This document shows positions 12,314 to 22,904 of a DNA stretch of 32,000 nt, in pieces. The stretch lies in assembly GCF_023585785.1 (NCBI RefSeq), contig NZ_CP097765.1:720001-752000 (forward strand), written 5' to 3'. Source of the DNA: Blochmannia endosymbiont of Camponotus modoc (GTDB lineage: Bacteria > Pseudomonadota > Gammaproteobacteria > Enterobacterales > Enterobacteriaceae). Position 1 is the stretch's first letter; each line of letters starts with the position of its first letter. A program made the translations under genes and the position numbers. The notes beneath the pieces were generated by a model, which had not been told where the DNA came from, searched no databases, and saw only the letters and a program-made list of their open reading frames with translations.

Positions 12314-12796
12314 TCAATGTGATTGATGTTTGTTATTTAGATAACGTAATACGATCTGATCATGATCAATAGGTTTAAAATGTTTAAATACTTGTTCGAT
12401 AGTACCAGTTTGGTCGATGATGAAACTAATACGATGTATGCCGTTATATGTTTTTCCCATAAACTTTTTTTCTCCCCATACTCCAAATTTCTTGGAAATT
12501 TGGCAGTTTTCGTCATAAAGTAAAGTAAAGTTTAGCATTTCTTTTTCAGAGAATTTTAAAAGTTTTTCTGATTTGTCGTTACTAATTCCAATTACCTCTA
12601 TACCTAATTTTCTGAATGTATCCATATTGTCTCTTAATTTACATGCCTGTATAGTACATCCTGGTGTCATAGCTTTAGGATAGAAATAAATAAGAATTTT
12701 TTTTCTTCCTATATACGAATCAATACTAACTAAAACATCATTTTGATCAGGTAAATTAAATTGAGGTACTGTGTCTCCAGGCTGTAATAATGCCAT
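12314..12796 (-). CDS. bcp: thiol peroxidase of the Bcp/peroxiredoxin family
   Basis: The track ORF starts at 12811. The likely start is the internal Met at MALLQPGDTVPQFNLPDQ. Motifs YFYPKAMTPGCTIQACKLRDN and GVWGEKKFMGKTYNGIHRISFIID. Confidence 0.93.
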   Translation of the reverse strand: MALLQPGDTVPQFNLPDQNDVLVSIDSYIGRKKILIYFYPKAMTPGCTIQACKLRDNMDTFRKLGIEVIGISNDKSEKLLKFSEKEMLNFTLLYDENCQISKKFGVWGEKKFMGKTYNGIHRISFIIDQTGTIEQVFKHFKPIDHDQIVLRYLNNKHQSH

Positions 12797-13261
12797 TGTA
12801 TGCTCCACCAATAATTAATAGTTATATACATATTAGATAACTCACGATTAATTTTAATATTATTTTCAACTTCTGTATAGAAATATACATAAATTATTTA
12901 ATAAAAAATTTTATGTTTATGTATGGTCATGAAAAATTAGGATTTAATATAAGAAAGCGATTAAACTATTTTTAAAGAATTTTAAATTATAATATTTCAA
13001 CATATTGTTAACGAAGAATAATTTACTTAATAATTAAAAATATAATGAAAATAATTTTTAATTAATTTAAAATATTAAACGGTAGTAAAAGATAAGCATG
13101 TTTATTAATAAATATATATTTTAATATTATTAAAAATGACGGTATTGTTTGTTATATATGAAGAACGATAAATATTTTGTTTGATATTTTTTCCATTTTA
13201 TTGGGATATTTTTATTGAATAACAATATTTTACAGATTCTGTTTATTGGAGACAATAATTC

Positions 13262-14161
13262 ATGTTTACGGGAAGTATAGTAGCGTTAATTACCCCAATG
13301 GATCTAAAGGGTGCTGTAGATCGAATAAGTTTAAAAAAACTTGTTGATCATCATGTAGTTAGTGGTACGTCAGCTATTGTTTCCGTCGGTACAACTGGAG
13401 AGATGTCTGGGCTTACACATGAAGAGCATGTTGATGTGGTTATGCGAACCTTAGAGTTTAGCGATGGTAGATTGCCCATTATAGCGGGTACTGGTGCTAA
13501 TTCAACGGCAGAGGCGATTGAATTAACTAATAAATTTAATGATAGTGATATAGCAGCTTGTTTAAGCGTAACCCCTTATTATAATCGTCCCAATCAAGAA
13601 GGATTATTTCAGCATTTTAAGGCTATTTCAGAAAGCACAGAGTTACCTCAGATATTGTATAACGTTCCAGTACGTACTGGTTGCGATATGTTACCGATTA
13701 CTGTTTCTCGTTTAGCAAAGATAAAAAATATAGTTGGTATTAAAGAGGCGACAGGAAACTTAAATCGAGTAAATCAATTAAAACAGTTAGTTCATGAAGA
13801 TTTTATTTTGTTGAGCGGAGATGATTTAAGTGCATTAGATTTTATGAAACTTGGGGGAGTTGGAGTAATTTCCGTTACAGCAAATATTGCTGCAAAGGAA
13901 ATGGCTGAGTTATGTAAGTTAGCAAATGAAAACGATTTTTCAAACGCACAACATATTAACCAGCGCTTGATGCCTGTGCACCAAGCGCTATTTATTGATT
14001 CTAATCCTATACCAGTGAAATGGGCTTGCAAAGAATTAGGATTAATATCGCATTATGTTTTGCGTTTGCCTATGACTGTTTTATCTGAAGTACATCGTGA
14101 TGTGCTAAAAAAAGCTTTAATAGATTCAGGGTTATTTTATGATCGGTCTAATTATAAATAA
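13262..14161 (+). CDS. dapA: 4-hydroxy-tetrahydrodipicolinate synthase
   Basis: 299 aa. [40 protein letters not shown], Schiff-base Lys in GIKEATG. Confidence 0.97.
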   Translation: MFTGSIVALITPMDLKGAVDRISLKKLVDHHVVSGTSAIVSVGTTGEMSGLTHEEHVDVVMRTLEFSDGRLPIIAGTGANSTAEAIELTNKFNDSDIAACLSVTPYYNRPNQEGLFQHFKAISESTELPQILYNVPVRTGCDMLPITVSRLAKIKNIVGIKEATGNLNRVNQLKQLVHEDFILLSGDDLSALDFMKLGGVGVISVTANIAAKEMAELCKLANENDFSNAQHINQRLMPVHQALFIDSNPIPVKWACKELGLISHYVLRLPMTVLSEVHRDVLKKALIDSGLFYDRSNYK

Positions 14162-14181
14162 TTATTTGTATAAGGGTTATA

Positions 14182-14493
14182 ATGTTAACTTTTTTAGAGA
14201 TTTTGTGTATGGTATTATTATCAGCTTGTTCTTTCGGAATATGCAAGGAAGATCGTTGTAAGCTGAATGGTGATTTATCATATTTAGATGTTGCATCTTT
14301 GGAGGAATTAAATATACCGGAAGATTTAGATGGCGCATTACCTATATCATATGATGATTATGTTGTTCCTGATGTTATCAGAGAAGATAACATCATTTCT
14401 CAAAAAGTAGGTAAACAACTAAACATATGTCCTCCGTCAATTTTTTCTACAGATATGTCACATGAATCATGTTTAATTAACATTGAAGATTAA
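14182..14493 (+). CDS. bamC: short BamC/NlpB-like lipoprotein, N-terminal part only
   Basis: 103 aa directly after dapA (the bamC position in E. coli). Lipobox LLSAC, then NGDLSYLDVASLEELNIPEDLDGALPISYDDYVVPDV...VGKQLNICPP, similar to the E. coli BamC segment [20 protein letters not shown]...LPVTSGDYAIPV...VGKALDIRPP. aaggg is upstream of the ATG. Confidence 0.8.
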   Translation: MLTFLEILCMVLLSACSFGICKEDRCKLNGDLSYLDVASLEELNIPEDLDGALPISYDDYVVPDVIREDNIISQKVGKQLNICPPSIFSTDMSHESCLINIED

Positions 14494-14667
14494 TTTTAAT
14501 ATAAGTATCAGGTAATGCCTGTTTGTTGAAATTATTTTCAATATATGTATTAAAAAATAATTACTACATGTTTATTATTCGGTTATTAAATTGCTCCTTC
14601 ATATATATATTCCCATAATAAAAAATGTATCTTAGCCTCAGAGCTGTTACAATAATACATTATGCAT

Positions 14668-15822
14668 TTATTGTACTAGTATTAAATCTTCTATAATTTT
14701 TTTATATATAGAGCTAAGTAATTTTAAATCAATTAGATCAATGTATTCGTTAACTTTATGAATCATATGGTTACGTGCTCCTAATTCTATGACTTCTGTC
14801 CCCATTTTAGCTATAAAACGCCCATCAGAAGTACCTCCTGTAGTTTCTAATCGAGGTTCAAATTTTTGGTAATATTTAATTGCATTGACTACAACATTAG
14901 TTAATTGTCCAGGGTTACTAAAATAAGGCTCCGCAGAAAGTTTCCAATCGATATTATAAGGTAAAGTATGACGTGTGAATATTTCATTTATGTATCTTTT
15001 AATATTGTCAATAGAACATTTATCATTAAAGCGTACATTGAAATTTAATATAACCGCATGGGGGGTAACATTATTGTTGTTATTATTAGAATAAATATTA
15101 GTAATTTGTATAGAAGTAGGAGGAAATAATATACTTCTTTCTCGATCCCATGTAGTGTTTAGTAAATCTGACAGCGCTGGAATGATTAAATGTATTGGAT
15201 TTTTAGAGAATTGAGGATATGCTACATGTCCTTGAGATCCATGTACTGTCAGTTGTCCAATAAGCGATCCACGTCTACCATTTTTTATAACATCACCTAG
15301 TTGATTTTGACTGGATGGTTCTCCGACTATGCAATAGTCTATATGTTCATCGCGCGCAATTAGAGATTCTACAACTTTTGTGGTTCCGTTGATGCCACTG
15401 CCTTCTTCGTCAGAAGTGATAAGAAACGCAACTCGTCCTTGATAATTGGGATGTTGGTCGATAAAATTGGCAGCGGCTACTAACATAGCTGCTAATGCCC
15501 CCTTCATATCAATTGCACCTCGTCCATGTAATATATTATTATGCACTAATCCTGAGAACGGGGGGTAATCCCAGCATTGAAGATCCCCAGGATCGACTAC
15601 ATCAGTATGTCCAATAAACAATAATGTTGTGCATTTTTGTTGTTTTTTACAACCATGAAATGCCCAAAGATTAAGAGTGTTATCAAAGCGCATTAATTCT
15701 ACATTAAAATTTAGTTTTTCTAAATAATTTGCAATTATTTCATGACAACTATGATGGTTTGAGCTAACCGAAGGTTGCTGAATTAATTTTTGAGCTAATG
15801 TTATTAGTTCTGAATAATCCAT
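14668..15822 (-). CDS. dapE: succinyl-diaminopimelate desuccinylase
   Basis: 384 aa. Metal site motifs LFIGHTDVVDPGD, GRGAIDMKGALAA, TSDEEGSG, TTGGTSDGRFIAKMGTEVIELG. Confidence 0.96.
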   Translation of the reverse strand: MDYSELITLAQKLIQQPSVSSNHHSCHEIIANYLEKLNFNVELMRFDNTLNLWAFHGCKKQQKCTTLLFIGHTDVVDPGDLQCWDYPPFSGLVHNNILHGRGAIDMKGALAAMLVAAANFIDQHPNYQGRVAFLITSDEEGSGINGTTKVVESLIARDEHIDYCIVGEPSSQNQLGDVIKNGRRGSLIGQLTVHGSQGHVAYPQFSKNPIHLIIPALSDLLNTTWDRERSILFPPTSIQITNIYSNNNNNNVTPHAVILNFNVRFNDKCSIDNIKRYINEIFTRHTLPYNIDWKLSAEPYFSNPGQLTNVVVNAIKYYQKFEPRLETTGGTSDGRFIAKMGTEVIELGARNHMIHKVNEYIDLIDLKLLSSIYKKIIEDLILVQ

Positions 15823-15916
15823 TTTATATTTTCTCGTGGTAATAGTTCTGATTAAATTATTTTAAATTTAATAATTCACACGAATAAATCATATATATAA
15901 TTAATACAAAATTCAG

Positions 15917-15956
15917 ATATACGACTATACCGACAAATATCGGTATAGTCGTATAT
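15917..15956 (-). terminator. strong hairpin 3' of tkt, possible transcription terminator
   Basis: Perfect 17-bp stem atatacgactataccga / tcggtatagtcgtatat with 6-nt loop, 46 nt past the tkt stop on the minus strand. The following T-tract is weak (ctgaattttg). Confidence 0.6.
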
Positions 15957-16002
15957 AATAGATGCCTTTTATAAAAATTAAACATTTTGGTGATCTGTTG
16001 TT

Positions 16003-18000
16003 TTAGGATTTTTTGAGTAATTTATATGATTTATTGATCACGTAGTCTACAGTAAAGTCAAAAAATTTAAATAATTGATGTGATGGAGCTGATTTTCCGA
16101 ATGTGTTCATACCAATGATCTCACCATATATTCCAACATACTTATACCAATAGTCAGTGCTGCTAGCTTCGATAGCTATTCTATTAATTACTGTATTTGG
16201 TAACACGTATTCACGGTATGATTTATCTTGCTGATCAAATATATCAGTAGAAGGTAATGAGATGACTCGTATTTTGTAGCCTTCATCAGTTAATCGGTGA
16301 TATGCTTGTATTGCTAATATTATTTCTGATCCAGTAGCAATTATAATTAATTCAGGAATATTTTGACAATCTTTAAGAATGTATCCTCCGCGAGTAATGT
16401 TATTAATTTGTGTTGATGTGCGTTCTTGTTGCATGAGATTTTGTCTAGATAAAATCAATGCGGTTGGTCCATGGTGTTCAATTGCTGATTTCCAGGCAAC
16501 TGCTGTTTCTACTTGATCACAGGGACGCCATACTATTACATTGGGAGTCATGCGTAAACTTGATAATTGTTCTATAGGTTGATGAGTTGGACCATCTTCT
16601 CCTAATCCAATAGAATCATGAGTATAAATCATAATATGATGACTATTCATTAATGCCGCCATGCGAACCGCGTTGCGTGCGTATTCAACAAATGTTAAAA
16701 ATGTAGCAGTATAAGGTAAAAAAGCTCCATAATTAGCAATTCCATTGGCAATAGCAGTCATTCCGAATTCACGTACACCGTAATGAATATAATTTCCGGC
16801 AGGATTTTTCATAATAGAAGAAGATTGAGACCAAGTTGTCAAATTGCTGGGTGTTAAGTCTGCTGATCCACCAAAAAGCTCTGGCAATTCTTTAGAAAAA
16901 AATTCAATTGTAATTTGAGAAGCTTGACGTGTAGCAATATTTTGAGAATGCACCTGTAAATTTTCAATAAATTTTTGTGTTTTTTTATGCCAATCTTCGG
17001 GTAATTTTCGTTGTATTCGTCTTATTAATTCTTTTGCTAAATTAGGATAGGTAACCTGGTATTTGCGAAAAAGTTGTTGCCAATTATCTTCTTTTTTTTG
17101 TCCCAGTATCGTGGCATTCCATGATTTATATATTGCTTTTGGTATGACGAATTGAGGTTCATCCCAATTAAGCGCTTTTCGAGTAGCAGCCACTTCTTCT
17201 GCTCCTAATGGAGCGCCATGAGCGCTATGTGTTCCGCTTTTATTTGGAGCTCCAAAAGCAATAATAGTATTACATATTAACAATGATGGTTTATTTAATG
17301 TGGATTTAGCTTGATCAATTGCAGCTTTAACAGAATTTCTATTATGTCCATTTATATTACGTATTACATTCCATCCATAAGATTCAAAACGCATGGCAGT
17401 ATCATCTGTGAACCATTCTTTTACATTCCCGTCTATAGAAATACCGTTATTATCGTAAAATATAATCAATTTATTTAATTTCATAGTCCCAGCTAGCGCG
17501 CAAGCTTCATGAGAAATACCTTCCATCATGCATCCATCTCCTAAAAATACATAAGTATAATGATTGATGATATTAAACTGTGCGCGATTAAATTGAGCTG
17601 CTAGTGTCCGTTCAGCAATTGCAAACCCTACAGCGTTAGCAAGACCTTGTCCTAAAGGACCTGTTGTAACCTCAATTCCATCGGTAAGCCCATATTCTGG
17701 ATGACCGGGTGTTGTTGAATTTAATTGTCTAAAATTTTTTAGATCTTCTATAGATATTTTGTATCCTGTTAAATGTAGTATGCTGTATAGCAGCATTGAT
17801 CCATGTCCATTAGATAAAACAAATCGGTCTCTATTAATCCAATTAGGATTGTTTGGGTTGTGATTTAAGTAATCCCTCCATAATACTTCAGCAATATCCG
17901 CCATACCCATGGGACATCCGGGATGCCCAGAATTAGCTTGTTGTATAGCATCTATGCTCAATATACGTATGGCATTAGCTAATATTTTTTCTGATAACAT
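16003..18000 (-). CDS. tktB: transketolase
   Basis: 665 aa. [57 protein letters not shown]. The tktB rather than tktA assignment rests on TktB-like stretches ([26 protein letters not shown]) and the adjacent talA-like ORF. Confidence 0.93.
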   Translation of the reverse strand: MLSEKILANAIRILSIDAIQQANSGHPGCPMGMADIAEVLWRDYLNHNPNNPNWINRDRFVLSNGHGSMLLYSILHLTGYKISIEDLKNFRQLNSTTPGHPEYGLTDGIEVTTGPLGQGLANAVGFAIAERTLAAQFNRAQFNIINHYTYVFLGDGCMMEGISHEACALAGTMKLNKLIIFYDNNGISIDGNVKEWFTDDTAMRFESYGWNVIRNINGHNRNSVKAAIDQAKSTLNKPSLLICNTIIAFGAPNKSGTHSAHGAPLGAEEVAATRKALNWDEPQFVIPKAIYKSWNATILGQKKEDNWQQLFRKYQVTYPNLAKELIRRIQRKLPEDWHKKTQKFIENLQVHSQNIATRQASQITIEFFSKELPELFGGSADLTPSNLTTWSQSSSIMKNPAGNYIHYGVREFGMTAIANGIANYGAFLPYTATFLTFVEYARNAVRMAALMNSHHIMIYTHDSIGLGEDGPTHQPIEQLSSLRMTPNVIVWRPCDQVETAVAWKSAIEHHGPTALILSRQNLMQQERTSTQINNITRGGYILKDCQNIPELIIIATGSEIILAIQAYHRLTDEGYKIRVISLPSTDIFDQQDKSYREYVLPNTVINRIAIEASSTDYWYKYVGIYGEIIGMNTFGKSAPSHQLFKFFDFTVDYVINKSYKLLKKS

Positions 18001-18112
18001 AAAGTGTTTTCCTAATATTGAATGTTTTAATTAAACGATTATAAATTCTTCTCTCTTGTAGAGAATTATCGAATACGTTTAGTGAATTTTTTCATACTTA
18101 TTTTATTATTTT

Positions 18113-18961
18113 TTAAAAGTTTAATTTATACACAGAAATAGGTTTATTAAATTTTTTATTTAAAAAAGAAAATACACAAAATTTGACAAGTTGTGTATGA
18201 AAAATTAATTGACCGTCTTGCTTGAGTAATTTCTTAGCACTTGTTAAGTAATCATATTCATTTGTAACTATTATTGGGTCATCTGTACATAAATTAGTAT
18301 TTATAGAAATATTGTTTTCGTAATATTTATTATGGTCAAAATAATTTTTATTTATTTTTTGTATGATGTTAGGATAATTATAAATACTGCATAGTACATA
18401 TTGACTATACCAGTTGCAAATAAGCTTTATAAATGGATAAATGAAATATAGATTTAATTTGATATATGTGCATTTTTGATATAAAGATAGTAAAAGTATT
18501 AAATTAATTTGGATATTGTTTTTTTTTAATTCTGTTATTTTTTTTATGTTTTTCCAATTGATAGTGATTTTTATAATAAAATAAACTGAATTTGTCTTTT
18601 GATTTTTATAGATTGCGATAAATTTGTAGTATTTTTTTATTCTACAATATTTATTAGAAGAAGATATTATATGCATTTTTATGCAGGAATGTCCTGGAAT
18701 ATTGTCTAAAATTTTAGTGTCGATATGATTGTTTAACTCATTTATTGTGTTAATTGTACTAATACGTGTAACATCATTTTTTTTTACAGTATAAATTATT
18801 GTATATCCAATTAATTTGCAATGAGAACTAAAAAATGGTTTCAGAGTAAGAAACGGATTAGTAATAGCATTGTTACGTGGATGGTAATACCGAATGGTGT
18901 CAATATTTTTGATATTCTCTACAATTACGGAAATTTTTATTAAACCATTTGATGGATTCAT
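18113..18961 (-). pseudogene. talA: degraded but still open transaldolase A homologue
   Basis: 282 codons, immediately 5' of tkt as talA-tktB in E. coli. Similar stretches in order: IDTIRYYHPRNNAITNPFLTLK vs IESIRHYHPQDATTNPSLLLK; YFIIKITINWKNIKKITELKKNNIQINLILLLSLYQKC vs [50 protein letters not shown] vs LISPFVGRIYDWY; DPIIVTNEYDYLTSAKKLLK vs EQILALTGCDRLTIAPNLLK. A cggag lies before the ATG. Confidence 0.82.
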
Positions 18962-20167
18962 TACTGACTCCGTATTACCTATTATAATTGAGTAATGTTA
19001 ACGATATTTATAATCATTTTACATTCATACAATAAATAATATTTATACTTATAAATATTATTTATTGTATGTTTTATTTCTATCAAAACATGTTTTATAA
19101 TATATATATTATACAAGTTGTATCATATATCTCAATATGAGATGTGTGAACATTGTGTATCTATAAACACTTTATTAATTAATGTGCGTACATCTGTATG
19201 TCAGGTGATTGTATTAAAATAGTAAAAATTATTATTATCATCATAATTTCATGTTGATTGTAGTTTTATTATATAACTGTAAATATTATTATGATTGAAG
19301 TAATGTTTTAAACATTAAGTTCATGAGATTTTATTTTTTAGAGTGTAACAAAAGTACATTATACTATGTGATTAATATCACATTACATATAATACATCAT
19401 AAGCAATGATTCTGAAGCGTGAATGTTATTATGTCATGTGTGATGGCATTTAAGATTATATAGGTGGTTTAATTTTTTATATTGTATGATCTTTCTATAA
19501 TAAAATTATATGTTGTGTAGTACATAACTAATTGACAGTAAAAAATAATATTTGAATTTATTTAAAATAATTATTTTTATTTTTCTTTTGCAACGGGCTA
19601 TTTTGTTTATATTACAATTATAGTACAGCACAAATTTTATTGTAGTATTAACCATAATAAGCATCGCTTAAATTGTATAAAATTAATCGAAAATCTTAAT
19701 ACATAAAGATAATCATCTGTTACATAAATGATTTATTACAACAGAATTATTTTTTAATTTTTAAATTTTAATTATTTATATGATTATATTGAGAATTATT
19801 TTAGGTTTTAAGTCGATTTAACGAAAATATCTATATTTATATGTAGAAATCATTTTTTAAATTATCTTTATATCTTTATATAAGATCTTTTTTATGCAGT
19901 TTAAAAATAAAGATAATATTACTATATTTTATTATAAATTATAATATTGAATATGGTAGTATTTTTACAGAGAGAAGTATAGAAAAAATTAATCAAATAT
20001 ATGATTGATTTAAATTTCATTCAATTAATAATTAGTTGCAAAAATTGTGTGCAAATACAAATTTGCGTGCAGTCTATGTCTTAATTACGCATGTATTATA
20101 TAATGATATTCTATCAACTGAAAGAAAAATCTCTATTTTGAGTAGATATGTTTGTATTCGGATATAT

Positions 20168-21190
20168 ATGATTATTATGCATATTATTTTAAAAATAATT
20201 AAAGTGACAACATTATTATATTGTGTTTTTTGCGTTCCAATATATGGAACTATTTTATTAAATAGTTCTTATGATGTGTCTAGAGAATTATTTTTAAAGA
20301 TTAATTCTGATTTTATCGAATATTGGAAGGATCTTCATCCTGAAGATAAGTTAATCATTCGTCAATCTCATGCAGGATCTACTAGACAAGCTATGGCTAT
20401 ATTACAGGGACTTCGAGCGGATGTGGTGACATATAATCAGGTGATAGATGTACAAATTTTGTGTGATCGCGGACACTTAATTCCTAAAAATTGGCAAGAT
20501 CGATTTCCAAATCATAGTTCGCCATTTTTTTCAACTATGGCTTTCTTGGTGAGACGAGGTAATCCAAAAGGAATTTATAATTGGCATGATTTAACTAATA
20601 AAGGCTTGAAAATAATATTTCCTAACCCTAAAACTTCTGGGAATGGACGTTATACTTATTTAGCGGCTTGGAGTTTTTTTTTAAAAAATAGTGACGGAGA
20701 TATAGAGCAAACTCGAATTTGGATGCAAAAATTTTTGAAAAATGTAGAAGTATTTGATACTGGAGGACGCGCTGCTACCTCTACTTTTGTTGATCGTAAT
20801 CAAGGAGATGTGCTAATTAATTTTGAATCTGAAGCAAAATTAGTTCGAAGTCAATATGGATTCAATAATTATGAAATTGTTATACCCACTCCGAATGTTT
20901 TGGTAGAATTTCCAGTGACTTGGATAGATAAAAACGTCATTAGAAATGGAACCAAAGATGTAGCACGAGCTTATTTAGATTACCTATACATCCCTGCAGC
21001 ACAAAAGATTATTACCAAGTTTGGGTACCGCGTCAACACAACTAACATTGCTCAAATATATCCGAATGGATCTTCTGGGAGTCAATTATTTAGAATAGAG
21101 GATCAATTTGGTAATTGGAATACTATTATGAATACGCACTTTAAACGTGGTGGTGAATTAGATCAATTATTATCAATAGGACATCGTTGA
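20168..21190 (+). CDS. cysP: sulfate/thiosulfate-binding periplasmic protein
   Basis: The track ORF starts at a TTG at 20036. A signal-peptide-like start fits ATG 20168 (MIIMHIILKIIKVTTLLYCVFCVPIYG). Body TILLNSSYDVSRELF, RQSHAGSTRQAMAILQGLRADVVTYNQV is CysP-like rather than Sbp-like. Confidence 0.93.
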   Translation: MIIMHIILKIIKVTTLLYCVFCVPIYGTILLNSSYDVSRELFLKINSDFIEYWKDLHPEDKLIIRQSHAGSTRQAMAILQGLRADVVTYNQVIDVQILCDRGHLIPKNWQDRFPNHSSPFFSTMAFLVRRGNPKGIYNWHDLTNKGLKIIFPNPKTSGNGRYTYLAAWSFFLKNSDGDIEQTRIWMQKFLKNVEVFDTGGRAATSTFVDRNQGDVLINFESEAKLVRSQYGFNNYEIVIPTPNVLVEFPVTWIDKNVIRNGTKDVARAYLDYLYIPAAQKIITKFGYRVNTTNIAQIYPNGSSGSQLFRIEDQFGNWNTIMNTHFKRGGELDQLLSIGHR

Positions 21191-22023
21191 TGTTATTTTC
21201 TTCATTTAAACATACTTTACCTGGGTTTGGTATAGCACTGGGTGGAAGTTTATTGTTTGTTTGTTTGATTCTATTATTACCTTTAAGTGCGTTAGTTATG
21301 CAATTATCTCAGATGAGTTTTTCTCAATATTGGGATGTAATTACAGATCCAGCATTATTGGTTTCTTATCAAATCACCTTATTAGCTGCCGGGGCAGCAA
21401 CATTATTTAATGCTATATTTGGACTGTTGGTATCATGGGTAATAACTAGATATCAATTTCCTGGTAGGAAATTATTAGATGCGTTAATAGATTTACCTTT
21501 TGCTTTGCCTACCGCGGTGGCGGGATTAACTTTGGCAACGTTGTTTTCAACATCAGGTTGGTATGGGTCTTGGTTATCTCGATTTGGCATCACAGTATCA
21601 TATACGTGGATAGGTATATCTATTGCTATGATTTTTACAAGTATTCCATTCGTAGTACGAACCGTACAACCGGTGCTAGAAGAGTTTACTGTAGAATACG
21701 AAGAAGTAGCAGAAACTCTTGGAGCTGATGATTGGCAAATTTTTTGTAATGTAATTTTTCCAGAATTGGCACCAGCTTGGTTGTATGGCGTAGTATTGTC
21801 GTTCATACGAAGTTTAGGGGAATTTGGCGCGGTTATTTTTATAGCTGGAAATGTTGCCTGGAAAAATGAAGTTATCTCTTTAATTATTTTTATTCGTTTA
21901 CAGGAATTTGATTACCCAGCTGCCAGTGCTATTGCTTCTGTAATTTTAATTATTTCTTTATTATTATTATTTTTTACTAGTATGTTTCAATTACGAATAA
22001 ACAAGAGGTTTCAGGGATCTTAA
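21190..22023 (+). CDS. cysU: sulfate/thiosulfate ABC transporter permease
   Basis: LPGFGIALGGSLLFVCLILLLPLSALV, LPFALPTAVAGLTLATLF, EEVAETLGADDWQIFCNVIFPELAP, FIRSLGEFGAVIFIAGN. The ATG at 21190 overlaps the cysP stop; the track uses TTG 21187. Confidence 0.94.
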   Translation: MLFSSFKHTLPGFGIALGGSLLFVCLILLLPLSALVMQLSQMSFSQYWDVITDPALLVSYQITLLAAGAATLFNAIFGLLVSWVITRYQFPGRKLLDALIDLPFALPTAVAGLTLATLFSTSGWYGSWLSRFGITVSYTWIGISIAMIFTSIPFVVRTVQPVLEEFTVEYEEVAETLGADDWQIFCNVIFPELAPAWLYGVVLSFIRSLGEFGAVIFIAGNVAWKNEVISLIIFIRLQEFDYPAASAIASVILIISLLLLFFTSMFQLRINKRFQGS

Positions 22024-22883
22024 TGATCAGCATGTTAAATAATTATGTCAATAGAAATTACAATAATAATTATAACAGTAGTATTAAATGGAATCAATGG
22101 ATTCTAATTAGTTTCACTATGTTTATATCAATGATGTTATTGTTAGTTCCTGTAATTGTGATTTTTGTATCTGCTTTTTCAGAAGGTCTAAAAATAGTAA
22201 TAGTAAATTTAATAAATCAAGATATGTTACATGCTATTTTTTTGACGGTTATTGTAGCGTTATTTACGGTACCTATTAATGTATTTTTTGGCATATTAAT
22301 GGCTTGGTTAGTGACTCGTTTTAAATTTTATGGAAGACAGTTATTGTATATTTTAATAAATATACCCATCGCTATTTCTCCAGTAATTGCTGGATTATTG
22401 TATTTATTGCTTTATGCAAACAATAATGCAATAGCAAATTGGTTAGATTTGCAGAATATACAAATAATATTCACATGGATAGGATTAGTGTTAGTTACTA
22501 TTTTTGTTACTTGTCCTTTTGTGGTACATGAGCTTGTTCCTATGATGGTGAATCAAGGAAGACAGGAAGACGAGGCAGCGATACTTCTTGGAGCATCTGG
22601 TTGGATGATGTTTCGCTATGTTACTTTTCCAAATATTCGTTGGGCTTTGTTATACGGGGCTATTCTTACTAATTCTCGTGCTATTGGTGAATTTGGAGCA
22701 GTATCTATAGTATCAGGATTAATACGGGGTGAAACATATACTGTTTCGTTGTATGTAGAATTATTATATCAAGATTATAATACTGTAGGCGCATTCGTTG
22801 CGGCATCATTATTAGCTTGTATTTCAATTCTTATGTTGTTTATTAAACATTATTTACAAAGTCGTTTAAAACGTACTAATTAA
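22023..22883 (+). CDS. cysW: sulfate/thiosulfate ABC transporter permease
   Basis: 286 aa. MLHAIFLTVIVALFTVPINVFFGILMAWLVTRF, ISPVIAGLLYLL, QEDEAAILLGASGWMMFRYVTFPNIRWALLYG, NSRAIGEFGAVSIVSG. Confidence 0.94.
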   Translation: MISMLNNYVNRNYNNNYNSSIKWNQWILISFTMFISMMLLLVPVIVIFVSAFSEGLKIVIVNLINQDMLHAIFLTVIVALFTVPINVFFGILMAWLVTRFKFYGRQLLYILINIPIAISPVIAGLLYLLLYANNNAIANWLDLQNIQIIFTWIGLVLVTIFVTCPFVVHELVPMMVNQGRQEDEAAILLGASGWMMFRYVTFPNIRWALLYGAILTNSRAIGEFGAVSIVSGLIRGETYTVSLYVELLYQDYNTVGAFVAASLLACISILMLFIKHYLQSRLKRTN

Positions 22884-22904
22884 TATTATGATCAAGGATA
22901 AGAA

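Noticed and set aside
13792-14031. Minus-strand ORF of 79 aa
   Set aside because: Antisense to dapA.
14533-14545. caggtaatgcctg hairpin after bamC
   Set aside because: Only 4-5 bp stem; too weak to support a terminator call.
21453-21806. Minus-strand ORF of 117 aa
   Set aside because: Antisense to cysU; Asn/Thr-rich shadow ORF.
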